Source: Archangium sp.
GTDB lineage: Bacteria > Myxococcota > Myxococcia > Myxococcales > Myxococcaceae
Reading direction: 5' to 3'
NCBI GenBank assembly: GCA_031367385.1
Contig: JANLPS010000089.1
Span: forward strand, 1-37,244
Length of the DNA stretch: 37,244 nt
The notes beneath the pieces were generated by a model, which was not told where the DNA came from, ran no database searches, and worked only from the letters and a program-made list of their open reading frames with translations. The position numbers and the translations under genes are program-made. This document shows, piece by piece, positions 1 through 9,884 of this stretch; within the stretch, counting starts at the first letter, position 1; each line of letters opens with the position of its first letter.

Positions 1-1234
1 CCGGGTCGAGCGCCGAGCCGGTCACCTTGACGCGAATCACCACCACGCCCGCCGAGACTGCGCTCACCAGCCCTTGCGCGGTCACGGTCGCCGCGGTGCT
101 CGGCATGCCGAGCGTGTCGACCACCGTGAACCCCGCCTCCGCGGAGGGGAACGACGAGCCATCGAGCCTGAAGGCGACCAGGTGCAGTTGAAGCGTGTCG
201 CCCACCTCGAGCAGCGCCCTCACGGGAGTCACTCGCAAAATATTGATCTGCGCGGGCATGGGGCCGTCGATGCAGGTGCCATCGACACACGCCTGCGCCC
301 CGCTGCAGTCTTGGTGGCCGCGACAGGCGGAGGGCACGCAGACCTTGGCGATGCACGTCTTGCCGGGGCCGCACTCGGTCGGGCTCACGCAGGCGAGCGT
401 CGGTTGGCAGTGCCCTTCGGCGCAGTACCCGTTCTGCTTCGATGACCCCGTGCCGGGGATGCCGGTCACGCAGTCACTGTCAGACAGACACTGGGGCAGC
501 TCGAGACACAGCTTCTGTGTGCAGTCGAACCCGGGGGGGCAGGCCGCGGTGCCGAATTGTTTGCACTCCCAGTTTCGCTGGCAGCTCGTGCTGTCTGCGC
601 AGGTCGAATAGGTCGCGCAGCGGCCGAAGGTGGCGCTGGTGCAGTACTGCCCCGCGGCGCAGTCGCTCAACGTCTTGCAGTCGGCTTTGCGGCACAGGTT
701 CGAGGCGCAGATGAAGCCCGAGCCTCCGCAGGTCACGTCGTTGACGCAGCGGCGAATGCACGCGCTGTCGATGCACGCGTAGAGCGCCAGCGCCACCTGC
801 GGGTCGAGCTGCGGAGCACAATCAGTCGAGGTGAAGCAGGTCGGCAGGCAGATGCCTTGGGTGACTTCGCAGCGGCCTCCTTGGCCTGCGCAATCGGCGT
901 CAGCCGTGCAGGGTTTTCGCGTCGCGCAGCTGCCATTGGTGCAGGTCTGGTTCGAGCCGCATGATGAATCGCCCAGGCACTGGCAGCGGTCGGCGGTGCA
1001 GGCGAAGCCGGTGGCGCAGTCGGTGTCGATGGTGCACTCGGGGCGTGGTTTGCAGATTCCTGATCGGCAGACCTGCGCGTCTCCGCACTCAGAATCGTCG
1101 AGACAGACCGGCCCGCATGCGCCCCGGCGGCAGCGCTGATCAGCCGAGCACTCGCTGTCGGCAGCGCAGGGTTTCGAGTTCTCGGCCGGGCAGCCGATCA
1201 ACAACAGCGCGCAGATGATCAACGAGGCCTTCAT
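1..1234 (-). CDS. Cys-rich repeat lipoprotein with Ig-like (Big_2-like) domain; partial, runs off the left edge
   Basis: Not in the ORF track because there is no stop in the window. Manual translation from ATG 1234 gives MKASLIICALLLIGC (lipobox LIGC), then many C-x-x-D-x-E/D-C...C repeats, then INILRVTPVRALLEVGDTLQLHLVAF...ATVTAQGLVSAVSAGVVVIRVKV, a Big_2-like pattern. Confidence 0.85.
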   Translation of the reverse strand, partial: MKASLIICALLLIGCPAENSKPCAADSECSADQRCRRGACGPVCLDDSECGDAQVCRSGICKPRPECTIDTDCATGFACTADRCQCLGDSSCGSNQTCTNGSCATRKPCTADADCAGQGGRCEVTQGICLPTCFTSTDCAPQLDPQVALALYACIDSACIRRCVNDVTCGGSGFICASNLCRKADCKTLSDCAAGQYCTSATFGRCATYSTCADSTSCQRNWECKQFGTAACPPGFDCTQKLCLELPQCLSDSDCVTGIPGTGSSKQNGYCAEGHCQPTLACVSPTECGPGKTCIAKVCVPSACRGHQDCSGAQACVDGTCIDGPMPAQINILRVTPVRALLEVGDTLQLHLVAFRLDGSSFPSAEAGFTVVDTLGMPSTAATVTAQGLVSAVSAGVVVIRVKVTGSALDP

Positions 1235-1419
1235 TTTGGGCGGCACCCTGCCAGAGAAAGGCGCGTGTCGTAACCGGTGCGGTGTTTTGTCGCCTTGGGG
1301 TCTTGCAGCAGTTGCGCTGATGTGAGACTTGAGCGCCCGACGTAAGGCATCAGACCACCTCAACGCCTGATGTAATCGGCGCCCACGCATTATTCACCAA
1401 CCATAACAAGGACTTAACC

Positions 1420-2667
1420 ATGAAGCTTCGTTACGCACTGGTAGTTGCTGGAGCGCTGTTGGCTGCATGTGGTGACACCACGACCCCCGTCACGACCGAC
1501 GATCAGGGCCAAGCCGCGAAAGAAATCATCGGTGGTTTCGATGCGAAGTCGCCCAGCTTGAACGCGATCGGCACCATCGGCGCGCTCGATGACTCGGGCA
1601 ACTACTCGTTCTTCTGCAGCGCGACGTTGATCGGCCCCAAGCTGGTCTTGACCGCGAAGCACTGCGCGATCGTCACTGACAGCAGCAGCCCGTTGTACAA
1701 GATGAAGCTCGTCAACCTGATCCCCATCTTCTTCGCGGTTGGCGCCGACGCGAACAACCCGGCCAAGGTGTACGAGGCGATCGCCGCCGACACCTCGCCC
1801 GTCGAAGAGGGTGGCTTCGTGTCGCTCGGCAACGACGTGGCCGTGTATCACCTGGCCGAGGCCGTCGAAGGCGTGACCCCGATCAAGGTCGGCAGCGCGC
1901 TCAACGAGAAGAACCTCAACGCCAAGTACGTGTCGATCGGCTACGGCTCGAAAGACAACTACGAAGACCTCTCGGGCATCCTCTCGGCGACCCGCTCGGC
2001 CGGCCAGAACACCCTCCGCGCGCTCGAAGGCAAGTCCTTCCAGCTGATGGAGAGCTGGGATGCGTTCTACAAGCAGATGGTCGCGATCTACGGCAAAGAC
2101 ATCGTTGACGCGTACATCGACATCGTTCGCGGCTGGTACGACAACACCGAAGTGCTCAAGGGCTACGAGGCGTGGGTCGGTTACAGCGCTGGCGACGTGC
2201 AGACCTGCCACGGCGACTCGGGCGGCCCGTTGATCGGTCGCGAAGGTGGCCAGAAGGCCATCTACGGCGTCGTCTCGGGCGGCTGGTTCAGCTCGCAGCT
2301 GACCTGCGACTTCGGCACCTTCTACGCCACCATCGGCACCGAGACCCGCACCATGCTCGACACCGCCTCGAAGTACGTCGACCCCTGCGTCGGCATCACG
2401 GTTCAGGGCGGCTGCAAGGGCGACGTTGCGACCCGCTGCACCGGCAAGTGGGAAGGCGACCGTCGCATGAGCGAGATCGACTGCTCGTTGCTCGACCAGA
2501 CCTGCGCCGTTGGCACCGACGGCAAGGCCGCTTGCGTCAACGCGGCCGACCCGACCAGCAGCAACCCCACCACCGTCGTCGGCAAGGCGCCTTCGATCGG
2601 CGAAATTCGCAAGAACGTGTTCAACATCTCGCGCATTCAGCGCCGTTGGGCGGCGTCGCAGAAGTAA
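1420..2667 (+). CDS. S1 (trypsin-fold) serine protease lipoprotein with Cys-rich C-terminal domain
   Basis: Lipobox LAAC; catalytic-triad motifs TAKHC, NDVAV, CHGDSGGP; AAGGA Shine-Dalgarno upstream. Confidence 0.93.
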   Translation: MKLRYALVVAGALLAACGDTTTPVTTDDQGQAAKEIIGGFDAKSPSLNAIGTIGALDDSGNYSFFCSATLIGPKLVLTAKHCAIVTDSSSPLYKMKLVNLIPIFFAVGADANNPAKVYEAIAADTSPVEEGGFVSLGNDVAVYHLAEAVEGVTPIKVGSALNEKNLNAKYVSIGYGSKDNYEDLSGILSATRSAGQNTLRALEGKSFQLMESWDAFYKQMVAIYGKDIVDAYIDIVRGWYDNTEVLKGYEAWVGYSAGDVQTCHGDSGGPLIGREGGQKAIYGVVSGGWFSSQLTCDFGTFYATIGTETRTMLDTASKYVDPCVGITVQGGCKGDVATRCTGKWEGDRRMSEIDCSLLDQTCAVGTDGKAACVNAADPTSSNPTTVVGKAPSIGEIRKNVFNISRIQRRWAASQK

Positions 2668-2700
2668 TTTCGAAGGGCTAACGCCCTTCTGAAAAGCAAG

Positions 2701-2734
2701 AGGCCTGGGGCAATCGCCCTGGGCCTTTTTGTTT
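2701..2734 (+). terminator. Intrinsic terminator
   Basis: Stem AGGCCTGGGGC / GCCCTGGGCCT with loop AATC, followed by TTTTGTTT. Confidence 0.75.
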
Positions 2735-2832
2735 GTAATTCTCGATAGCTGAGAGCATTCGCAGACTTGCGTGGCGTCAGAGGCCTGTGGTTTACCCAAC
2801 GACCTTCGCCGCCTGCTTCTGGAGCCCGCCTC

Positions 2833-4275
2833 ATGCGCCACCCGGTTTTCTTCGCCCTCTGTGTGACCTCACAGGTCGCGCTCGCGCAGGTGGTCACCAA
2901 CGTCGGAGAAGTCATCGTGGTGCAAGACACCACCGGCGGCATCACCTCGCTCATCGCCGGCGAGCCTGGGGCGAACATCTACCCCAGCGTGCAAGAGCAG
3001 TTCTGCCGCGCGGCCTACAACGCGGTTCGGGCCTCGGCCCACCCCGACGTGTACGACGGCATCATCAGCTTTTCGACCTCGGGCGAGATCAACGACATCA
3101 TGAACATCTGGCAGGGGTCTCCGGTGAGGCCCGCGGGCGGCGGCATCGGCCGAGACACGGTCAACTTTCAAACCGACAAGTACAACAGCACCCGCATCAG
3201 CCAGTGCGTCTTCATGGGCACCCTGGGCAAGACCAAGAGCTTCATACCGGGCTTGGGGGTCGAGCCGTTGCCTTCGAACCCCGACAGCCCGTGGCGCCCG
3301 TCGATCGGCGTGCCGATACCCATCGACAGCGAGACCGGCATCGAGATGATGGGCCACGAGTACGGCCACCACTGGTTGATGGGCATCACCTACGACCTGA
3401 ATGACGGCAAGGGCAAACGGCACCTGCTGCGCGGCACCCAGAGCAACGGCGGCGGCGAGGGCGGGGGAGAGACGACGGGTACTCCGAACCAGCACTACAG
3501 CGCGCTCGCCGACTCGCGTTCGGTGATGTACGGCTCGTGCATCACCCCGCTGGGCAATGGCCAGTACCACCAGGCGGGCTGCGTTCGAAAATACAACCAC
3601 ATCGATCAGTACCTGATGGGGCTGCGTGGCGCTGATGAGGTCAGCCCGATGCTGGTGCTCGAAGACCCCTCTGACCCCGGCAACGGCGTTGATTCGGTCG
3701 CGATGGCGGCCAACTCGAGCGGCAAAGACGTCACCGGCACGCCGTACATGGTGACTGGCGAATCGATTCTTCGGGCGATGGGCCCGCGCGTGCCGGCCTA
3801 CCCGACGGCCAAGCACTGCTGGCGCATGGCCTTCGTGGTCGTGCTGGCGCCTGGTGAGACGCAGATCAGCCCCACCATGTACGCCAAGGTCGAGCGCTAC
3901 CGCGCGCGCTGGTCAGAATGGTTCGGCTTCGCCACCGACGGCCGCGGCACGATGGATTCTCGGGCTCTGGGCGACATTTGCATCGATGGGTACCGCACCG
4001 ACGGCGGCGTCTACACGTACCCCGACGCAGGTCAGCCTGCTGGCGATGCCGGCACCGTCGAATCACCCGACGCTGGCATGGTCGTCGAGCCCGGCACCGA
4101 CGGGGGCATGGTGGTGGTGATGCTGCCCGACGGGGGCATCGAGTGCACCGGCAACCTCTGCGAGATCGCCAAGATCAAGCCCGGGTGTGGGTGTGGGTCG
4201 GCCAGCGGCCTCGAGCTGTTCGGCTTGCTCGGCCTGCTGGCGTTCGCCGTGCGTCGGCTGCGCGCCGGAGCGTAA
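2833..4275 (+). CDS. Secreted HExxH zinc-metallopeptidase-like protein with MYXO-CTERM sorting signal
   Basis: Signal peptide ending VALA-Q; GHEYGHHW motif; DAG/DGG linker; C-terminal PGCGCGSASG + hydrophobic helix + RRLR. Start placed at ATG 2833, downstream of GGAG. Confidence 0.8.
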   Translation: MRHPVFFALCVTSQVALAQVVTNVGEVIVVQDTTGGITSLIAGEPGANIYPSVQEQFCRAAYNAVRASAHPDVYDGIISFSTSGEINDIMNIWQGSPVRPAGGGIGRDTVNFQTDKYNSTRISQCVFMGTLGKTKSFIPGLGVEPLPSNPDSPWRPSIGVPIPIDSETGIEMMGHEYGHHWLMGITYDLNDGKGKRHLLRGTQSNGGGEGGGETTGTPNQHYSALADSRSVMYGSCITPLGNGQYHQAGCVRKYNHIDQYLMGLRGADEVSPMLVLEDPSDPGNGVDSVAMAANSSGKDVTGTPYMVTGESILRAMGPRVPAYPTAKHCWRMAFVVVLAPGETQISPTMYAKVERYRARWSEWFGFATDGRGTMDSRALGDICIDGYRTDGGVYTYPDAGQPAGDAGTVESPDAGMVVEPGTDGGMVVVMLPDGGIECTGNLCEIAKIKPGCGCGSASGLELFGLLGLLAFAVRRLRAGA

Positions 4276-4312
4276 AACGCGCTTCAGGGTCTGGCCTGCT
4301 AGGCTGGGCCGC

Positions 4313-6541
4313 ATGGACGCGCGCAATTCTCTGAAAAACGTAGGCGCAGCGGTTTCGACCGACTTCATCAAGAACCGGTCGATTCTCTCTTTTGAAGAGT
4401 ACGTGAGCCTGTTCGCGGCGGCGCCGAGGCTCCAGGCTCGCAACGCGGCTCAGTATCTGCGCGATGCGATTGATCATTTCGGCACCGAGCAGGTCGCCCA
4501 CCCCACCGGGCCGATTCGGCGCTTCAAGATCTTCGACTCGGTCGGCGGCGAGAACGAGATTCGCGTCGCGGGCCAAGAAGAGGTGCAGAACGCGCTCTAC
4601 CGGCTCATCGGCAACTTCGTGCGTGCCGGGCGAATCAACAAATTGATTCTGCTGCACGGCCCCAACGGTTCGGCCAAGTCGTCACTGGTCGAGGCGCTCA
4701 AGCGCGGCCTCGAGCACTATTCGAGCTCACCCGAGGGCGCGCAGTACACCTTCAACTGGGTTTTCCCCACGCAGAAGCTGGTGCGGGGCAGCATCGGGTT
4801 CGGCGAGAAGGCCGAGAGCTCGGCGGGCCTGGCCAGCTTCGCCCACCTCGAGGCCGACGACATCGACGTACGCATCGCAAGCCCAATGCGAGAACACCCG
4901 CTGTTTCTGATACCGAAGTCAGAGCGGCGAAAGCTGATCGAGCAAGCCATCGCCGACCAGGGAGGCAAGGGCGACTTCATCTTGTCGAGCTACCTACTGG
5001 AGGGTGAGCTCAGCCACAAATCGCGGCGCATCTACGACGCGCTGCTGGCGACCAACGGCGGCGACTACTTGAAGGTGCTGCGGCACGTGCAGGTCGAGCG
5101 CTTCTACACCTCGCGGCGCTACCAGGTGGGCACCTTCACCATCGAGCCGCAGATGAGTGTCGACGCGGCCTACCAGCAGGTCTCGGCCGACAAGACCCAG
5201 GCGAACCTGCCTGCCTCGCTGCACAACGTGGTGCTCTACGACCCGCATGGGCCGCTGGTCTCGGCCAACCGGGGGCTCATCGAATACGCCGACCTGCTCA
5301 AGCGACCGCTCGAGACCTACAAGTACCTGCTGGGCTTCAGTGAGTCGGCCGAGGTGCCGCTCGAGCACATGATTCTGCAGCTCGACGAGGTGCTGATCGC
5401 CTCGGCCAACGAGAAGCACCTGGCGGCCTTCAAAGAGCTGCCCGACTTCGCCAGCTTCAAGGGGCGCATCGAATTGGTGCGGGTGCCCTACCTGCGGCGG
5501 TGGCGGGTCGAGAAAGAGATCTACGACGCGCAGATCACCGAGCGCACGGTGGGGCGGCACATCGCTCCGCACGCGACGAGCGTGGCGGCAATGTGGGCGA
5601 CGCTGACCCGTCTCAAGAAGCCAATTGCTGACCGGTACTCGGCCGATGCGCGGGCCCTGGTCGAGCGGTTGACGCCGCTCGAGAAGCTGCAGCTCTACCA
5701 AGACGCGAGTGCCCCCGAACGGCTCACCGGGCAGCAGCAAAAAGAGCTCAAGAAGGTGGTGCAGGCGCTCTACGAAGAGGCCGACGCGTACCCGAACTAT
5801 GAAGGCCGCAGCGGAGCCTCAGCGCGCGAGATCAAGACCGCGCTGTTCAACGCGGCCCAGAGCAGCGAGCACGACAGCCTGCACCCGTTGGCGGTGCTCA
5901 AAGAGCTGGCCAGCTTGATTCGCGACAAGAGCGTCTACGAGTTCTTGCAGCAAGAGATCGTCGACGGGTTTCACGACCACACCGAGTTCATCGGCGCCGT
6001 CGAGCAGCAGTACCTCGACTGGGTCGACCGCGAAGTGCGCGAGTCGATGGGCCTGGTGAGCGAAGGGCAGTACCGCGACCTGTTCGAGCGCTACGTGCAG
6101 ACGGTGAACGCCTGGGTGAAGGGCGAGAAGCTGCACAACAAGCACACCGGGCAGTCAGAGAAACCCGACGAGAACCGCATGGCCGAGTTCGAGGGCTTCG
6201 TGATGCCCAAAGGCGATGACGCGCGCGAGTTTCGCAAGGCGTTGATCTCGAACATCGGCGCCTGGCGCATCGACAACCGCGACCTCGAGGTCGACTACGC
6301 GAGAATCTTTCCCGACCTGTTCAAGCGGCTCTCGGAGCACTTCTACGTCGAGCGAAAGCGCACGCTGCAGCACAACGCCGAGAACATCTTGAAGTTTCTC
6401 TCTGACGACCGCGCCGGGCTCTCGACCAAGGAGCAGACCCAGGTGCGCTCGACGCTCGACCTGATGGCCTCGAAGTACGGGTACACCGACCCCTCGGCCC
6501 GAGACGCGATCGTCTTCTTGATGAAAAAACGGTACGCCTGA
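4313..6541 (+). CDS. prkA: PrkA/YeaG-family AAA+ protein (annotated serine protein kinase)
   Basis: Walker A LHGPNGSAKS; ANRGLIEYADLLK; YEGRSGASARE; C-terminal SKYGY...SARDAI are all typical PrkA motifs. Start moved to ATG 4313. Confidence 0.85.
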   Translation: MDARNSLKNVGAAVSTDFIKNRSILSFEEYVSLFAAAPRLQARNAAQYLRDAIDHFGTEQVAHPTGPIRRFKIFDSVGGENEIRVAGQEEVQNALYRLIGNFVRAGRINKLILLHGPNGSAKSSLVEALKRGLEHYSSSPEGAQYTFNWVFPTQKLVRGSIGFGEKAESSAGLASFAHLEADDIDVRIASPMREHPLFLIPKSERRKLIEQAIADQGGKGDFILSSYLLEGELSHKSRRIYDALLATNGGDYLKVLRHVQVERFYTSRRYQVGTFTIEPQMSVDAAYQQVSADKTQANLPASLHNVVLYDPHGPLVSANRGLIEYADLLKRPLETYKYLLGFSESAEVPLEHMILQLDEVLIASANEKHLAAFKELPDFASFKGRIELVRVPYLRRWRVEKEIYDAQITERTVGRHIAPHATSVAAMWATLTRLKKPIADRYSADARALVERLTPLEKLQLYQDASAPERLTGQQQKELKKVVQALYEEADAYPNYEGRSGASAREIKTALFNAAQSSEHDSLHPLAVLKELASLIRDKSVYEFLQQEIVDGFHDHTEFIGAVEQQYLDWVDREVRESMGLVSEGQYRDLFERYVQTVNAWVKGEKLHNKHTGQSEKPDENRMAEFEGFVMPKGDDAREFRKALISNIGAWRIDNRDLEVDYARIFPDLFKRLSEHFYVERKRTLQHNAENILKFLSDDRAGLSTKEQTQVRSTLDLMASKYGYTDPSARDAIVFLMKKRYA

Positions 6542-6743
6542 TCAGCCCGGTGCCGTCGCCAGGGGCGAAAATCGGGCAAAACCGCGAAAAAATTGGGTGA
6601 TTTCAGGGGTTTTACGCCGAAAAGACGGTATCGCACCTTGACCGACAAGGCCCTGATCGGCGAAACTCCGCGCCCCAAACTGCTCGGGAAGAACGCGGTC
6701 TCTCCATCTTCCCAACACCCTTGGTCAGGAAGGCTCTTTTTTT

Positions 6744-8678
6744 ATGGCTGACGGACCCGCGCTTCACTTCTTTGCCGGAAAAGGCGGCGCTGGCAAGACC
6801 ACTCTTGCGACTGCGCGCGCCATGACCCTGTTGGAGGACAACTCCAAAGAGAAGATCCTCCTCGTCTCTCTCGAAGAGAACGGCGGCGTCGCCGACCTGG
6901 TGAAGAAAAAGCTCTCGACCAAGCCGACCAAGCTGCTGCCTGGCAAGGGCAACGGTGGCCTGTTCGCCGTCGAGCTCGACCCGGTGGCGCTGGGCACCCA
7001 CTTCAACACCACGTGGAAGCCGGCGTTAATGGGCTCGGTGACCAAGGGCGCGCTGAGCGTGCTCAGCGAAGACGACACCAAGAAGCTGCTCGAGGCCTCT
7101 GCCAGCAACATGGGCGAGGTCGCGCTGATGTTTCACCTGCAGGAGCTGATCGAATCAAAGGAGTGGGACCGGGTGGTCGTCGACGGCCCCGCCACCTCGC
7201 ACGCCACCCGGCTGATGGAGCTGCCGAACCAGTTTCGCCGCTTCGTGGCGCTGATTCGCGGCGAGAAGGGCAAGCTGCCCAAGGGCGCGGTGCGGCCTGC
7301 GATGCCGGTCGATGAGTTCGCGGCGAAGGCTGACGCGCTGAACCTGTTCTTGCGAGACCCCAAGCGCTTCATTCTGCACCTGGTGGCGATCGCCGAGCCG
7401 GTGGCCGATGCGCAGACGCGGTTGCTGGTGAAGGTGTTGGCAGACCGGGGCATCCCCTTCGCTGACATTCTCACTGACATGATCGAAGACGGCAAAGACA
7501 GCCGCGAAGTCGCCAATCGCCGCGGCCTGCAGGCGCCGCACGTTCGCAAGTACCAGACGCTGACCCAGCGGGTTGAGCTGATTGGGCGGCGCATCAACGG
7601 GCCGCGCGGCATCGACGAAGTGAAAAAGTTCGCCAAGGAGATCGCGACCGGTAAAGAGACCAAGGCGCTGCAGTTCTCGCCGGCCGAAGCGCCTCCCGCG
7701 TTGGTGAGGGCACCTTCGATGCCGCCGATCGCGGCGCCTCCGTTGCCGCCGACGCGGTTCATCTTCTTCGTGGGCTCGGGTGGGGTGGGCAAGTCGTCGT
7801 GCGCCGCCGCCGCCGCGGTGACGTTGACCGAAAAAGAGGGGCCGGTGCTGTTGATCTCGACTGACCCGTCGCACTCGTTGTCAGACGTGCTGCTGAGCCG
7901 GTTGACCGACACCGAGACCCAGGTGAAGGGCACCAAGGGTTTGTACGCGCGTGAAATCGACCTCGCGACCTGGTTCACGAACCTGCGCAAGAAGCACAAA
8001 GAGCTTGCCGAGCCGATGTTCGGGCCCGAGGCGAAGGGTGAACCGTTCGCGCTCGACCGCGACTTGATTCGCAACCTGCTCGACACCGCGCCCTTGGGCA
8101 TGGACGAGCTGGCCGCGATGACGGCGTTGACCGATGCGCTGGTTCAGGAGCGGTTCAAGCGAATCGTGATCGACCCGGCCCCTGCGGGCAACACGCTGCG
8201 CATCTTGGAGCTGCCGGCGATCGCGAAGCCCTGGCTGCAGACGGTTTTGGCGATCGCGACCAAGCACAAGGCGAAGGGCGCGCTGTTGGCGGCCTGGGCC
8301 GAGGCGACCCTGAAGCACTTCGAGCGCTTCGAGAAGGCGATCTTGAACCCGCCCGAGTGCCGGTTCGTGGTGGTGACGCGCGGTGAAGACCTGTCGACTC
8401 CGGCGGCTGAGCGGCTGGTGGCGTACCTCAAGGCCAAGAACCTGCCGGTCGAGCGGGTGCTGGTGAACCGGGTGCTGCCGAAAACGACTTGCGTGGTGAC
8501 TGAAGAGCGCCGTGCGAGCGAGCTCGAGGTGGCCAAGCAGGTCGAGAAGAAGATCGGCATGCCGGTGACCGCGGCGCCTGCGCTGGGTCGTCACCCGGCT
8601 GGGTTGCGCGAGCTGAAGGCGTTTCGTACCTCGTGGTACGCGCTGACCGCGGCGGCGAACAAGATCAAGGCGGCTTGA
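6744..8678 (+). CDS. Tandem-domain ArsA/Get3-family (SIMIBI) ATPase
   Basis: Two P-loops (GKGGAGKT, GSGGVGKS), STDPSHSLSD, DPAPAGN and VLVNRV. No ars operon nearby, so an arsenic function is not implied. Confidence 0.88.
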   Translation: MADGPALHFFAGKGGAGKTTLATARAMTLLEDNSKEKILLVSLEENGGVADLVKKKLSTKPTKLLPGKGNGGLFAVELDPVALGTHFNTTWKPALMGSVTKGALSVLSEDDTKKLLEASASNMGEVALMFHLQELIESKEWDRVVVDGPATSHATRLMELPNQFRRFVALIRGEKGKLPKGAVRPAMPVDEFAAKADALNLFLRDPKRFILHLVAIAEPVADAQTRLLVKVLADRGIPFADILTDMIEDGKDSREVANRRGLQAPHVRKYQTLTQRVELIGRRINGPRGIDEVKKFAKEIATGKETKALQFSPAEAPPALVRAPSMPPIAAPPLPPTRFIFFVGSGGVGKSSCAAAAAVTLTEKEGPVLLISTDPSHSLSDVLLSRLTDTETQVKGTKGLYAREIDLATWFTNLRKKHKELAEPMFGPEAKGEPFALDRDLIRNLLDTAPLGMDELAAMTALTDALVQERFKRIVIDPAPAGNTLRILELPAIAKPWLQTVLAIATKHKAKGALLAAWAEATLKHFERFEKAILNPPECRFVVVTRGEDLSTPAAERLVAYLKAKNLPVERVLVNRVLPKTTCVVTEERRASELEVAKQVEKKIGMPVTAAPALGRHPAGLRELKAFRTSWYALTAAANKIKAA

Positions 8679-8702
8679 GCCGAAAAGCGTGTGGCTGGGT
8701 AC

Positions 8703-9677
8703 ATGGCAGACCGTATAGACGCATTGCTCGAGTGGAGCGTCGGCGGCAGCTTCACCCGGCTTGGCTACGCGCTGCGAAAGCGGCTCGAGCGCTGGCCTTC
8801 GCCCGAAGCGCAGTCGATGGCGGGCAGAGTCGTGGTCATCACCGGTGCAACCTCGGGGCTGGGCCTCGAAGCGGCTCGGGCTTTCGCTCGTATGGGCGCG
8901 ACCATCGAGCTCATCGCTCGCAATGAAGCCAAGGCCGTGTCGGTGTGTGAAGCGCTGTGTGCGTCGCCCCCAAAACCCAGCGTACGGGTGGTGCTTGCCG
9001 ATACCGGAGACCTGGTGGCCATGCGTCGTGCGGCCAAGGTGCTGCTCGAACGGCACGCCGCCATCGATGTGTTGATTCACAACGCAGGCGCCCTCGACGA
9101 TGAGCGCCACGAAAGCCCCGAAGGCCTTGAGCTCACCGTGGCGAGCCAAGTGGTGGGGCCCTTCTTGTTGACGGCGCTGCTCTTGCCGGCGCTCAAGGCA
9201 GCCACTGCCTCGAGGGTGATCACGGTCTCGTCAGGCGGCATGTATGCCGAGCCGCTGAGCGTCGAAGGGCTCGAGATGTCGGCCCAGCACTATGATGGGG
9301 TGACTGCGTACGCCCGAGCCAAGCGCGCCAGCACGACGCTCAGCGAGCTGTGGGCCCAGAGACTCAAGCCCGATGGCATTCATGTCTTCGCGATGCACCC
9401 CGGCTGGGCAGACACTCCAGGCGTCGCGCGATCGCTCCCTCGGTTTCGGCGGGTCGTCGGGCCGCTGTTGCGCACGGCGCTCCAAGCTGCAGATACCCTG
9501 GTTTGGCTCGCCGCCGACGATGGCGTGCCGCTCCAGCACACGGGCGGGTTCTGGCACGACCGCCGACCACGCCCGTTGCACCGGCTGGCATCGACCCGGC
9601 GCTCTGACACACCTGAAGAACGCGCGCGCTTGTGGGCCTGGGCCGTGGCCAAGAGCGGTTGGGCAGGCGGGTCGTGA
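8703..9677 (+). CDS. SDR oxidoreductase (DHRS12-like)
   Basis: TGATSGLG, HNAG, VSSGGMY, YARAK and MHPGWADTPG motifs. Confidence 0.92.
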   Translation: MADRIDALLEWSVGGSFTRLGYALRKRLERWPSPEAQSMAGRVVVITGATSGLGLEAARAFARMGATIELIARNEAKAVSVCEALCASPPKPSVRVVLADTGDLVAMRRAAKVLLERHAAIDVLIHNAGALDDERHESPEGLELTVASQVVGPFLLTALLLPALKAATASRVITVSSGGMYAEPLSVEGLEMSAQHYDGVTAYARAKRASTTLSELWAQRLKPDGIHVFAMHPGWADTPGVARSLPRFRRVVGPLLRTALQAADTLVWLAADDGVPLQHTGGFWHDRRPRPLHRLASTRRSDTPEERARLWAWAVAKSGWAGGS

Positions 9678-9884
9678 GCGCGATGCGTTCGTGACGACGA
9701 CGGAGGGTCGCATCGACCCGGCCGCTGGAGCCTCCAGGGTGGCAGCGCGGTGCGTTACCAAGGGTCGCGACCGGGCCCCACGAGCGACCCGCGCCGCCGC
9801 GAAGCGTGCAGGGCTGCGTAGGGGGTTACGCACTGGTCGTTTCACTTGACGTTCTGGGGCGGGTCGACGACACCGGCCCGACAC

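Noticed and set aside
6744..8678. Arsenic-resistance locus
   Set aside because: No arsB/acr3, arsC, arsD or arsR nearby; family membership alone does not imply arsenite efflux.
9678..9884. Structured ncRNA upstream of accA
   Set aside because: Only short 6-7 bp GC-rich stems, as expected by chance at this GC content; no recognisable riboswitch motif.
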